Source: an uncultured delta proteobacterium (GTDB lineage Bacteria > Desulfobacterota > Desulfomonilia > Desulfomonilales > Desulfomonilaceae). Taken from it: a DNA stretch of 64,000 bases. The position numbers and the translations under genes are program-made. Below are positions 40,568-50,086 of the stretch, one piece after another (positions within the stretch are counted from its first letter, which is position 1; each line of letters starts with the position of its first letter). Where the stretch lies: assembly GCA_963789265.1 (NCBI GenBank), contig CAWBKB010000001.1, positions 576,001 to 640,000 of the forward strand. The letters are read 5' to 3'. The notes under the pieces were generated by a model. That model made no database searches, was not told the origin of the DNA, and saw only the letters and a program-made list of their open reading frames with translations.

Positions 40568-42148
40568 CTATATGGTCAAGCGCCGCACCGACACCACGTT
40601 CTCAATAGTCTTTAGGGCATCCAAGGACTCGTCGTTCGCTTTGGAATCGGTGTTGAGGAACAACAGGGCCTGCCCGCCTTGTTTCCGGCGAGCAAATTGA
40701 AAATGAGAAATGTTGATTCCTTTGTCACCGAGGGTGGCGCCCACTCTTCCAATGACTCCTGGCTTGTCCACGCCGTCAATAAGGATGAGATGACCCGACA
40801 AGTCAAATTCACCGCGGAAGTCGCCGTAACACACCATTCTGGGCTCGGACCTCCCAAACAGAGTCCCCTCCACTAAGTGCTCCCTTCGTTCGGTCGAAAC
40901 TTTATAGCGGAGCAGGGAGAGGAAGCTTTCTGCTTTGCTGACTCTCGTCTCAGAAACGACAATCCCTCTCTCCGCGGCCACCATCGGAGCATTTACCTGG
41001 TTCACGTCATCCTGCATGATCGGCGTGAGAAGTCCGGTAAGAAACGAAGTGGTAATGGGCTTGATCGCCATATTCGTCACATCGCCTGAATACTGGGCTT
41101 CAACGCTTTTGATCCCGGTCTGAATTATCTGGCCAAGGAACGAGCCCAGTCTATTGGAAAGATCGAGATACGGCTGCAAAGTCACCAGAGCTTCACCGGA
41201 AAGAGCCGGCGCATTCACCGCGTTCCGAATCGTTCCATTCTGGAGATAATCCCTTATCTGGTCGGCCACAGCAATAGCTACGTTGTCCTGTGCTTCTTTG
41301 GTTGATGCTCCAAGATGAGGGGTGCAGACAACCTGATCCAGCTCGATCAATCGCGTTTTGCCGGGGGGTTCCACCGAATACACATCAATTGCAGCACCCG
41401 CGACCTTGCCTGATTCTATAGCATCGGCCAAGTCTTCCTCATTTACCACGGGCCCGCGGGAACAGTTCACAATGCGGACTCCGGGGCGCATTTTCGCTAT
41501 ATTCTTGGAACAGATGAGCCCTCTGGTCTCATCTGTAAGTGGCACGTGCAGGGTAATGATGTCAGCCTCCTTGAAAACGTCGTCGAGGGAGCCCAACCTG
41601 ATTCCCATCTGCTTCGCCTGCTCTTCGGACAGAAATGGGTCATAGGCTATAACATTCATTCCAAGGCCCATTGCTCGGTCTGAAACGACAGACCCGATCT
41701 TGCCCAGTCCAATCACGCCAAGGGTCTTGTTGTAAATTTCCATCCCCGAAAACTTCTTCTTTTCCCATTTTGCCTGTTTCATGGACATATTGGCTTGGGG
41801 TATGTTCCTGGCGAGAGCCATCATCATGGAAAGGGTGTGCTCGGCAGTGGTAACGGTATTCCCTCCCGGCGTGTTCATCACCACTATGCCTCTCTTGGAC
41901 GCAGCAGGTATGTCAACATTATCAAGGCCCGTGCCGGCTCGTCCGACAACTTTGAGGTTGTGGGCGGCCGCGATCACATCCGCGGTCACTTTGGTCGCAC
42001 CCCGTACGGCCAGGCCGTGGTATTCGCCGATGATTTGTTTAAGTTCATCGGGGCTGAGGCCGACTTTGACGTCCACTTCGATGCCTTCGGCGTCGCGAAG
42101 GATCTTCACACCCAATTCAGACAAATTGTCCGATACAAGGACCTTCAC
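40568..42148 (-). CDS. serA: D-3-phosphoglycerate dehydrogenase
   Basis: RAGTGLDNVD, NTPGGN, GLGKIG, PHLGAST.EAQ, C-terminal ACT domain. Confidence 0.96.
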   Translation of the reverse strand: MKVLVSDNLSELGVKILRDAEGIEVDVKVGLSPDELKQIIGEYHGLAVRGATKVTADVIAAAHNLKVVGRAGTGLDNVDIPAASKRGIVVMNTPGGNTVTTAEHTLSMMMALARNIPQANMSMKQAKWEKKKFSGMEIYNKTLGVIGLGKIGSVVSDRAMGLGMNVIAYDPFLSEEQAKQMGIRLGSLDDVFKEADIITLHVPLTDETRGLICSKNIAKMRPGVRIVNCSRGPVVNEEDLADAIESGKVAGAAIDVYSVEPPGKTRLIELDQVVCTPHLGASTKEAQDNVAIAVADQIRDYLQNGTIRNAVNAPALSGEALVTLQPYLDLSNRLGSFLGQIIQTGIKSVEAQYSGDVTNMAIKPITTSFLTGLLTPIMQDDVNQVNAPMVAAERGIVVSETRVSKAESFLSLLRYKVSTERREHLVEGTLFGRSEPRMVCYGDFRGEFDLSGHLILIDGVDKPGVIGRVGATLGDKGINISHFQFARRKQGGQALLFLNTDSKANDESLDALKTIENVVSVRRLTI

Positions 42149-42515
42149 CGTTCGTTCCTCCTTTATTTTAGGCTAAATCACGCACACTCGGCTTGAGTTC
42201 AGGGTCCGAACATGTGAAGCTTGGTTTTGATGCCTCGCAATGTTCCCGTCGCCCAATGATGACGGCAAACCAATCGCCTGCGCCGGGACGATAGTTTGCT
42301 TCTCGTGATTGAACGCTACCCAACCCGCCCGGCAAAAACCTCCTCCCGAGGAGTCTGAGGAGAATATTCGGCCAAAAGAATGTCACAAATTATGGAGTGA
42401 TATTTGTTTATCAGGAACTGTCCGGCATGTCAAGAAACGTTCCATTTTTGTAAAGTCGGTCAACTTTATAATGTAATACTTGACGCTTTGCACGTTAGAC
42501 TTTAAGATTGGCTCA

Positions 42516-44660
42516 ATGATTTCTTATCTCAAAATCTGTGCATCCGCGGATTCCACATCATCGGCGGCTGCATCCAGGCGCGTCGCTTCAAGCCTGACAA
42601 TCCTGAGCCTCTCTGTCTTCTTGGCGGCGGCGGTCATGGTGGGCCAGGGTATTTGTCTTACCGTGGCAACAGGGCCCATGCAGGAATACCTCTTCGTTGA
42701 AGGGAAAAAGCTTTATGATGCGGGCAAACTCGGTCGTGCCTCGGACGTGTGGGCCAAAATATTTCCTGACACAGTATACGGCCCGGTAGCATATCTTCTT
42801 TTGGCTCGAGGCAAACAGCGGGCCGGAAATGACAAGGGTGCCGAGGCCCTGCTCGAGGATTGCCTAAAGACTCACCCGGACAGTGTTTATAGCGATATGG
42901 CCCGCCGCGCTCTTGCCGAGGTTCTGTTCCGCCAAGGGAAAAGGGAAGCAAAGCCTTTGCTAATATCACTCCTCGCTACGGCGCAGGACAAAGATAAGCC
43001 GGCGCTTACCTTGAAACTCGCTGAGATGGAGCGACGCTTTGGCGACTATTCTTCGGCCGCTGCTCAGTATCGCATGCTGTTCATCAATTATCCGGCATCG
43101 GTGGAAGGACTCAAAGCGTCTGATGCCCTCACGGCCATGGTTTTCAACGAGAAGATCCCCAGGCTGATTTTTTCCGACTGCGAGCAAATGACCCGCGCGG
43201 ATCGCCTTTTCAACAAAGGGCGCTTCGATCTTGCAGCCGATTCTTATAAGGCTCTGCTTAAAACAAAACCGGCAGACAAGAGCGTAATGCTGAAGCTGGC
43301 TCGCTGTCGTTTCAAGGATCGCCAAAACCAAAAGGCGATAAACATCGTAAAGGACATGCTGAAAGGAGAACTCTCGGAGCATGAACGTATGGAGGCATTT
43401 TACCTCCTGAGCGCAATTTACTGGAGGTTGGGTAGCGAGAAAGATTTCGAATTCTGCTGCAACAGGGTGCTTGAGAAAGGATCTATAAAGCTCAAACGGA
43501 AAATTCTTTATAATATCGCTGCTCACTATATTGAGAAACGGAAATTCGGCACTGCCGAAATTTACTTCAAGAAGCTTCTCAACACACGACCCGATCGGTC
43601 GGTAAAGGCGAATGTAAAGTGGAAGATCGCTTGGATTAAATATTGGAACCATAAATACGGTGAGGCTGCCGAAGACTTTCGTGAAAGCCGGACCGCGGCC
43701 CCCGGGGGGTCAATAGATAACGCTTCAAAATATTGGCAGGCGCGATCTTTGCTTAATGCCAACCGTCGACATGCCGCGGAACCTCTCTTGAAAGTTATCG
43801 TCACAAATTCTCCTCTTGATTACTATGGAACAGAGGCGGCTCGTCTCCTCAAGAAGATGGGGGAACCTAAATACATAAACCCTAGATCCCTGCAACCCCT
43901 TCCCCAGATCGCCCTAACCTCTGAACAGATTTCCAACCCGTTGGTATCAGCCGCCAACAAACTTATGGAGAAAGGTCTCGGAGAATTCGCCCTCGTCAAC
44001 CTGGAAGCCCTTCCCAAGACCATGAAATCTTCCCCTCCCATAGCATTTTTGACGGCAAAGGCGGCTTACGCATCGGGACGTTACCGTGAGGCCCAGGATA
44101 TACTCACCGCGGCGTTCGGTTCGCTCGCGAAGAATCCGCCCCAGGGCGCACCGCCGGCCTTCATTGAAATCGCCTTTCCCCGGATCTATTTTTCTGAAAC
44201 TACACGCACGGCAGAGAAGAACTCCGTTGATCCTCATCTAGTGTGGGCGGTAATCCGTCAGGAGAGCCGGTACGATGCCTCGGCAATATCACCTGCCGGA
44301 GCGCTCGGACTGATGCAGGTCATGCCCGCAACAGCGGGAATTAAGAGAAAGAGAGGCAAATTGCCGGCCAAAGCGGTGGAGGCGGTTCTGGATCCGAAAC
44401 AGAACTTGAGACTGGGTATCAAGATCCTGGCCAAGAATCTGAGCCTCTTCCGGGGAAAACTCGTTCCCGCGATTGCGTCTTACAACGCTGACATCAAGAA
44501 AGTGCGAGAGTGGGTCCATAAGGGAGAAAGGATGAAGCAAGATGAATTCATTGAAAGCATCCCTTATATGGAGACACGTCTTTATGTGAAGAAGGTTTTA
44601 GCCGGATACTGGGCCTATAGTCTTCTGCATGCGAAGAAAGATTTGGCGGGTTATAGATAA
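42516..44660 (+). CDS. TPR-containing soluble lytic murein transglycosylase
   Basis: IRQESRY, GALGLMQVMP, ASYNA, ESIPYMETRLYVKKV; start uncertain. Confidence 0.88.
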   Translation: MISYLKICASADSTSSAAASRRVASSLTILSLSVFLAAAVMVGQGICLTVATGPMQEYLFVEGKKLYDAGKLGRASDVWAKIFPDTVYGPVAYLLLARGKQRAGNDKGAEALLEDCLKTHPDSVYSDMARRALAEVLFRQGKREAKPLLISLLATAQDKDKPALTLKLAEMERRFGDYSSAAAQYRMLFINYPASVEGLKASDALTAMVFNEKIPRLIFSDCEQMTRADRLFNKGRFDLAADSYKALLKTKPADKSVMLKLARCRFKDRQNQKAINIVKDMLKGELSEHERMEAFYLLSAIYWRLGSEKDFEFCCNRVLEKGSIKLKRKILYNIAAHYIEKRKFGTAEIYFKKLLNTRPDRSVKANVKWKIAWIKYWNHKYGEAAEDFRESRTAAPGGSIDNASKYWQARSLLNANRRHAAEPLLKVIVTNSPLDYYGTEAARLLKKMGEPKYINPRSLQPLPQIALTSEQISNPLVSAANKLMEKGLGEFALVNLEALPKTMKSSPPIAFLTAKAAYASGRYREAQDILTAAFGSLAKNPPQGAPPAFIEIAFPRIYFSETTRTAEKNSVDPHLVWAVIRQESRYDASAISPAGALGLMQVMPATAGIKRKRGKLPAKAVEAVLDPKQNLRLGIKILAKNLSLFRGKLVPAIASYNADIKKVREWVHKGERMKQDEFIESIPYMETRLYVKKVLAGYWAYSLLHAKKDLAGYR

Positions 44661-44722
44661 GATCCGGTGTAACCGTTCACCGGGAAAGTGGTTTACCCGA
44701 CTTTAAGCTTAGCCGACAGGGC

Positions 44723-44877
44723 GAAAATGTCTCAAAACTAAAATGATGTCCCGAATCGTGACACGACTAGGCTTGGTGCGCATTTCGTTGCCCGCACCCT
44801 CACCCTCTCCCAAAGGGAGAGGGTGCGGGGCGTTCGTGTTACGATTTCGTCCGGTTCAAGGGTTTGGAGACACTTTA
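44723..44877. mobile_element. MITE with IS1182-type ends
   Basis: GAAAATGTCTCAAAA / TTTGGAGACACTTT; inverted homolog of 37068-37279. Confidence 0.78.
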
Positions 44878-44959
44878 AGCACGCCGGCTCTGTGATCCCG
44901 GTAGGACCGGTCCCGCGAGACGCGGGATGCCGGTTATAAAGTCTTACAAAGGAACTTGT

Positions 44960-45457
44960 ATGGACGGGTGCTCTACTGACGGTAACGGAGAGATCTTCGA
45001 TGTCTCCCCGTATTTGAAGCTCGTGATTGACAAGGATGGCAGATGGTTCCAGAACGGAGCGGAAATTGTTCACCCTGAAATTTACCGATTCTTTTGCCGC
45101 ACGCTTGAGAAGACGGCTGACGGCGTATACATAGTCAGATTCGGTCGCGAAGTATGCCGTGTCGAAGTCGAGGACGCCCCGTTTGTGATTCAAAGTATAG
45201 ATGAAGAGAGCGACGGCCGTATAGTCATCCAATTGAACGATGGAACACGGGAGGCTTTCGACCCGGTATATTTCTGGATCGGTCACAAGAACATTCCATA
45301 TTGCCGCGTTAAAGATGGCGCGTTTCACGCGCGCTTCTCTCGGCCTGCATATTACCAATTGGCGTCTCACATAGTTTCAGACAATGATGAGAAAGACTTC
45401 TTTCTGCTCGTAAACGGCAAGAGGATACCAATTGAGTGCCACGAGCAGCCGGCGTAG
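44960..45457 (+). CDS. DUF1285 family protein
   Basis: IDKDGRWF..G.EI, VEVEDAPF, PYCRV...ARFSRPAYYQL. Confidence 0.8.
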   Translation: MDGCSTDGNGEIFDVSPYLKLVIDKDGRWFQNGAEIVHPEIYRFFCRTLEKTADGVYIVRFGREVCRVEVEDAPFVIQSIDEESDGRIVIQLNDGTREAFDPVYFWIGHKNIPYCRVKDGAFHARFSRPAYYQLASHIVSDNDEKDFFLLVNGKRIPIECHEQPA

Positions 45458-45897
45458 GAAATATCTTTTACAACAATTCCTAAAATAGTCACCGATATGG
45501 CCAATGACTTGTGGGGACAGGCATCCCGCCCCCATTACAGTAGGGTGTCCCGCGAAAACGCGAGGGAGCCGCATCATTCGAATCTCGGCAGGCAAGTGGC
45601 TGAACAAGGAATAGTGGGGCAGGCATCTTGCCTGCCTTGGTGACAGGCAAGATGCCTGTCCCACTGGCCTGAGCCATATCCTGCGGGCTGTAGAGGCACG
45701 GCATGCCGTGCGCCTACGGGACGTCGTCATTTCCGCGCACGCGGGAATCGAGTAGGGCGGCCCGTGGCCGCCGTCCCGCGCCTCGCGGGATCGGGCATGG
45801 CCCAACCTACCTCCGGATCGGAGTCCTAGATGACGAATTTTAGGCAGGATGCGTGCCGACCAGCGGCAGGGCCATGTCTGTTCAATTTGAAGTCCGT

Positions 45898-46338
45898 CTA
45901 CGGTGAATCTACAATCAGCGTCACAGGTCCGTCATTTTCCAGGTGGACCTGCATCATTGCCCCGAACACGCCTTCCTCAACAGGGACTTTCAGTTTCTTC
46001 ACCGCGTCGATAAAGCTTCTGTACACCGCGGCCGCGTCCTCAGGGGGTGCTGAATCGGTGTACGACGGCCGTTTGCCCTTGCGGCAATCGCCGTACAAAG
46101 TGAACTGTGAAACCACGAGCATGGTGCCGCCGACCTGTTCCAGGCTGAGGTTCATCTTCCCCGCATCGTCCGAGAAAATCCTCAGGCCGGTCAGTTTCTC
46201 GGACATCCATCGGACCTCTTCGGGCCCGTCACCTCGAGCAGCCGCGAGGAGCACAAGCATGCCATGACCTATTTCCGCTACAGTTCTATCGTCGATGGAG
46301 ACGCTAGCCCCGGTAACCCTTTGAACCACCGCTCTCAT
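45898..46338 (-). CDS. dtd: D-aminoacyl-tRNA deacylase
   Basis: MRAVVQRV, GKMN, SQFTLYG, NDGPVT. Confidence 0.96.
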   Translation of the reverse strand: MRAVVQRVTGASVSIDDRTVAEIGHGMLVLLAAARGDGPEEVRWMSEKLTGLRIFSDDAGKMNLSLEQVGGTMLVVSQFTLYGDCRKGKRPSYTDSAPPEDAAAVYRSFIDAVKKLKVPVEEGVFGAMMQVHLENDGPVTLIVDSP

Positions 46339-46356
46339 TCAGGATTCTCCCCATTT

Positions 46357-46479
46357 GTAACAGTTCACCGGGGACTTTGTGACCGGCGCGGAGGCCGGTC
46401 CTACCAGTATCATAGTAGGGCCGGCGTCCCTGCCGGCTAAGCCTGAAACCGGTAAACCGTCTTCCCAGCGAACGGTTAC
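46357..46479. mobile_element. MITE-like element, GTAAC class, with REP doublet
   Basis: GTAACAGTTCAC / GCGAACGGTTAC; no clean duplication. Confidence 0.6.
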
Positions 46480-46988
46480 TATCTGCACTGTAATGGAGCC
46501 TTTCGCCAGAGTAGAATGAATGCCGGAACGACGTCATCGGAGGTGTCCTCAATCAACTCGGTCACTTGGTCACAATTCATGAATGCGCCCCATTGGATTT
46601 CTTCGGGGTCAGGAACCGGCTCCAATTCCGTCACCGCTTTGAACAAAACCACATGCTCATTGTCAGTCTGCTCCGAAGCGGGGACTCTAAGAACTTCTTT
46701 GACTTCGGCTCGAATACCAAGCTCCTCTTGAAGTTCACGAATCGCGGCCTGCTCGTAAGTTTCTCCCGGATCGACATGCCCCGCGGCAGACGAATCGAGC
46801 TTCTCCGCATGCCTGTCCTTTGAAATCGAGCGTCGCTGGATGTAGATTTGGCCTGCCTGATTGAAAACGAAAATATGTACGGCCCTGTGAAGGAGCCCAA
46901 GCTTGTGGATTTCTTTGCGGGTAGCCGTACCGATCACTTTATCTTGAGAATCCACTACTTCGAGAATCTCGTTGTCTGTAGAATACAT
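46479..46988 (-). CDS. NUDIX hydrolase (Idi/YfcD-like)
   Basis: HRAVHIFVFN, QRRS..KD, GHVDPGETYEQAAIRELQEELG. Confidence 0.9.
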   Translation of the reverse strand: MYSTDNEILEVVDSQDKVIGTATRKEIHKLGLLHRAVHIFVFNQAGQIYIQRRSISKDRHAEKLDSSAAGHVDPGETYEQAAIRELQEELGIRAEVKEVLRVPASEQTDNEHVVLFKAVTELEPVPDPEEIQWGAFMNCDQVTELIEDTSDDVVPAFILLWRKAPLQCR

Positions 46989-47026
46989 GGTGCACTTATA
47001 CGGCAAGTTATCAAGGAATACCATCC

Positions 47027-47287
47027 ATGAATTCTGATCCACCCAGCCGGCAATTAGATGAACTGAAAACATTGTTGTTCCCTTACATACTGATCGGACC
47101 ATTGTTGTCAGCTCTATTCGCACAGGAAATCAACGACATATTCGTAGCATGTTTATTGTTTGTCGGCATGGTGGGATCTGCTTTTTACTGGTTTTACAAG
47201 CGCTTCGAGATGATCGAAAGATCTGTCCGAGAACAAGAGGAAAAGCTCGTTGAACTGGGGGGCGGGCCGAACGAGGACATGAATTGA
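47027..47287 (+). CDS. Small hypothetical membrane protein
   Basis: 86 aa, two hydrophobic segments, AAGGA RBS. Confidence 0.5.
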   Translation: MNSDPPSRQLDELKTLLFPYILIGPLLSALFAQEINDIFVACLLFVGMVGSAFYWFYKRFEMIERSVREQEEKLVELGGGPNEDMN

Positions 47288-47389
47288 CGCACGCGATCGT
47301 TCGTTTGTAACCATCAGGAAAGAAGGATTCACCGCGGAGTGCGCCGAGATCGCATGCTTGTACGGAATTGGTGGGACAGGCATCTTGCC

Positions 47390-47710
47390 CATAGGCGTTA
47401 TAGCCGTTGCGAAAAGTAATGACTTGTTCACCACACGTCACCCCGGCGAAGGCCGGGGTCCAGAACATATTGAAAAGACTGGATTCCGGCCTCCGCCGGA
47501 ATGACGGTGTCAGGCTACCTCTAATCGGACAAAACTTTTGGCAATGGGTATAAAATAAGGGCGGAGGATTTGCTCAAAATTCCCCCTCACCCTGCCCTCT
47601 CCCGCCAGGGGCGAGGGTTTTCTTGATCCCCTGCCTCGATGGGAGGGGGAAGGGGGAGGGTGACAAGCGGCTGAAATTGCAGACGACGCTCTTTTATTTT
47701 AACGCCTATA
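47390..47710. mobile_element. CATAGGCGTTAA-class MITE containing a nested TA-duplicating (IS630-like) MITE at 47401-47550
   Basis: 11-bp duplication GGCATCTTGCC; inner TIR TAGCCGTTGCGAAAAGT / ACTTTTGGCAATGGGTA. Confidence 0.8.
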
Positions 47711-48069
47711 GGCATCTTGCCTGTCTCTTTGGCAGGCAGGATCCCTGCCCCACTATTCCTAACGCGACAGATGTGGTTCACCCCCTGCTGGGGGTTCACC
47801 ACATCCTATGCTCCTGAATAAGTTATCTCTTTCACTGCGATCTCCGCGCACTCTGCGGTCAATTATCGCTTGTTATTTCCGATTTCGAAATGTTCGTGCG
47901 CTGTCTTGACCTTCTCCGCTCTTACCGTTAACCTTAGATCCTATATGGAATTTTCCGCGGCGAAAACGCCGCGTGCCAACTTGCGCCGCTCGATGAGGCC
48001 GCGTCCGGGCAATTGCTTGCGTAAGTATACTGATAATTGCGGCTCGGTGGTCGCTCCGAAGGAGCTCTA

Positions 48070-50064
48070 ATGATCAGAATTCCTGAGGGAAAGGCACGAA
48101 TTGTTATTGAACGTGTCAGCCCCGTAGTCGATTCCGGCAGATTCCCCGTCAAGAAAGCAGTTGGTGAAAACGTGGTGGTGGAAGCAGATATTCTGGTGGA
48201 CGGCCACGACGTTATCTCTGCTGAAGTCCTCTACCGGCACGAATCCGAATCGGATTGGAACACAAACGAAATGGTTTTGGTGCTAAACGATCGGTGGCGT
48301 GCCGACTTCCGCGTCCAAGAGGTGGGAACAGCTTATTATTCCGTGCAGGCCTGGATCGATCATTTTCAGTCGTGGCGGCGCGATCTCATCAAGAAAGCTG
48401 ATGCAGGACAGGATGTGGGCGTCGATCTCCTTGTGGGCGAAGAGCTCCTCGAAGCCGCGATCCCGCGTGCCAAAGAGTCAGACTCAGATCTGCTTCGCGA
48501 ACGACTCAAACTATTAAGATCATCTGTGCCATCGACGAAGAAGATGGATATTGCATCGGACAGAGACCTTATCGCGGTGATGAAAAGATGCGCGGACCGC
48601 CGTTCGGTAGTCCGATTCTCACTGGAAGTGCCTATAGTCGTCGATAGAGAGAAGGCCCGATTCAGCGCATGGTACGAAATATTTCCTCGCTCTTGTGCAC
48701 GGGAGCCTGGAAAGCACGGCACATTCAAGGATTGCGAGGAACGCTTGTCTTATGTCTCGTCCATGGGATTTGACGTCCTCTATTTTCCGCCTATTCATCC
48801 TATCGGACGCGCGAATCGGAAGGGGAAGAATAACTCTGCCGTCTCAGGCCCGGAGGATCCTGGCAGTCCTTGGGCTATCGGGTCTGAGGAAGGCGGGCAC
48901 ACGGCAATCCATCCGAAGTTAGGAACGCTGGATGACTTCAAGCGGCTGATGAGGAAGGCAGAGCAGCTTCACATCGAAATTGCGCTGGATTTGGCGTTTC
49001 AGTGCGCCGCGGACCATCCGTGGGTTCGGGAACACCCAAGTTGGTTCCGGTGGCGACCGGACCGCAGCATTCAGTACGCGGAGAATCCGCCCAAGAAATA
49101 TGAAGATATTTATCCGTTAAATTTCGAGACCGACGATTGGTGGGAATTATGGCAAGCGTTGAGAGATGTGGTCTTATTCTGGCTGGATCAAGGGGTCCGC
49201 ATCTTTCGAGTCGATAATCCTCACACCAAGCCGTTCCGATTTTGGGAATGGCTGATCAATGAAATTAGGAACAGGCAACCAGACGTCATATTTTTGTCAG
49301 AAGCCTTCACACGTCCCAAGGTGATGCAAAATCTCGCAAAGCTTGGATTTACTCAGTCCTATACATATTTTCCCTGGCGAAACACGAAGTGGGAGTTGAC
49401 TCAGTACTTCACGGAATTGTGCCAGACGGAACTCAAAGACTATTTCAGGCCGAGCTTATGGCCCAACACTCCTGATATCCTGACGGAGTATCTCCAGCTT
49501 GGGGGTCGTCCGGCATTCATCACCAGGTTGGTTCTCGCGGCGACGCTGGGGGCAAACTACGGGATTTACGGCCCAGCTTTTGAATTATGCGAGAACGAGC
49601 CGCGAGAATTCGTGAGCGAGGAATACAACAACTCGGAGAAGTATGAAATCAGGCACTGGGATTTGGAAAGCCCTTACACTCTCAGGGACTTCATTGGTAG
49701 AGTCAATCGAATCCGGAAGGATAATCCTGCGCTCCAGAGCGATCGGAACCTACGCTTTCATCCCACCGACAACGAACAGATAATTTTCTACAGCAAGCAC
49801 ACCGACGATCTTGCAAATGTCATCCTGTGCGCAGTGAATCTCGATCCTCATCATACTCAGACCGGATGGGTGGAACTTCCGCTTCAGGAACTGGGGATCG
49901 ATTATCGCCGAGCTTTTCAAGTTCACGATTTACTAAGCGGGGCAAGGTACCTATGGGAAGGGCCGCGGAATTACATAGAATTGAACCCGCGTGTCGTAAG
50001 TGCTCAGATTTTTCGCGTTCGGTTTAAACTGCGCACTGAACGCGACTTTGACTATTTTATGTAG
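48070..50064 (+). CDS. glgE: Alpha-1,4-glucan:maltose-1-phosphate maltosyltransferase
   Basis: WYEIFPRS, PPIHPIG, YAENPPKKYEDIYP, RVDNPHTKP, NTPDIL. Confidence 0.95.
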   Translation: MIRIPEGKARIVIERVSPVVDSGRFPVKKAVGENVVVEADILVDGHDVISAEVLYRHESESDWNTNEMVLVLNDRWRADFRVQEVGTAYYSVQAWIDHFQSWRRDLIKKADAGQDVGVDLLVGEELLEAAIPRAKESDSDLLRERLKLLRSSVPSTKKMDIASDRDLIAVMKRCADRRSVVRFSLEVPIVVDREKARFSAWYEIFPRSCAREPGKHGTFKDCEERLSYVSSMGFDVLYFPPIHPIGRANRKGKNNSAVSGPEDPGSPWAIGSEEGGHTAIHPKLGTLDDFKRLMRKAEQLHIEIALDLAFQCAADHPWVREHPSWFRWRPDRSIQYAENPPKKYEDIYPLNFETDDWWELWQALRDVVLFWLDQGVRIFRVDNPHTKPFRFWEWLINEIRNRQPDVIFLSEAFTRPKVMQNLAKLGFTQSYTYFPWRNTKWELTQYFTELCQTELKDYFRPSLWPNTPDILTEYLQLGGRPAFITRLVLAATLGANYGIYGPAFELCENEPREFVSEEYNNSEKYEIRHWDLESPYTLRDFIGRVNRIRKDNPALQSDRNLRFHPTDNEQIIFYSKHTDDLANVILCAVNLDPHHTQTGWVELPLQELGIDYRRAFQVHDLLSGARYLWEGPRNYIELNPRVVSAQIFRVRFKLRTERDFDYFM

Positions 50065-50086
50065 GTCCGCCGAGGAGATCTATTGT

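Noticed and set aside
44738..45805. Minus-strand ORFs of 210 aa and 142 aa
   Set aside because: Antisense to the DUF1285 gene or made of REP/MITE sequence (LSLWERVRVR, GQASCLS).
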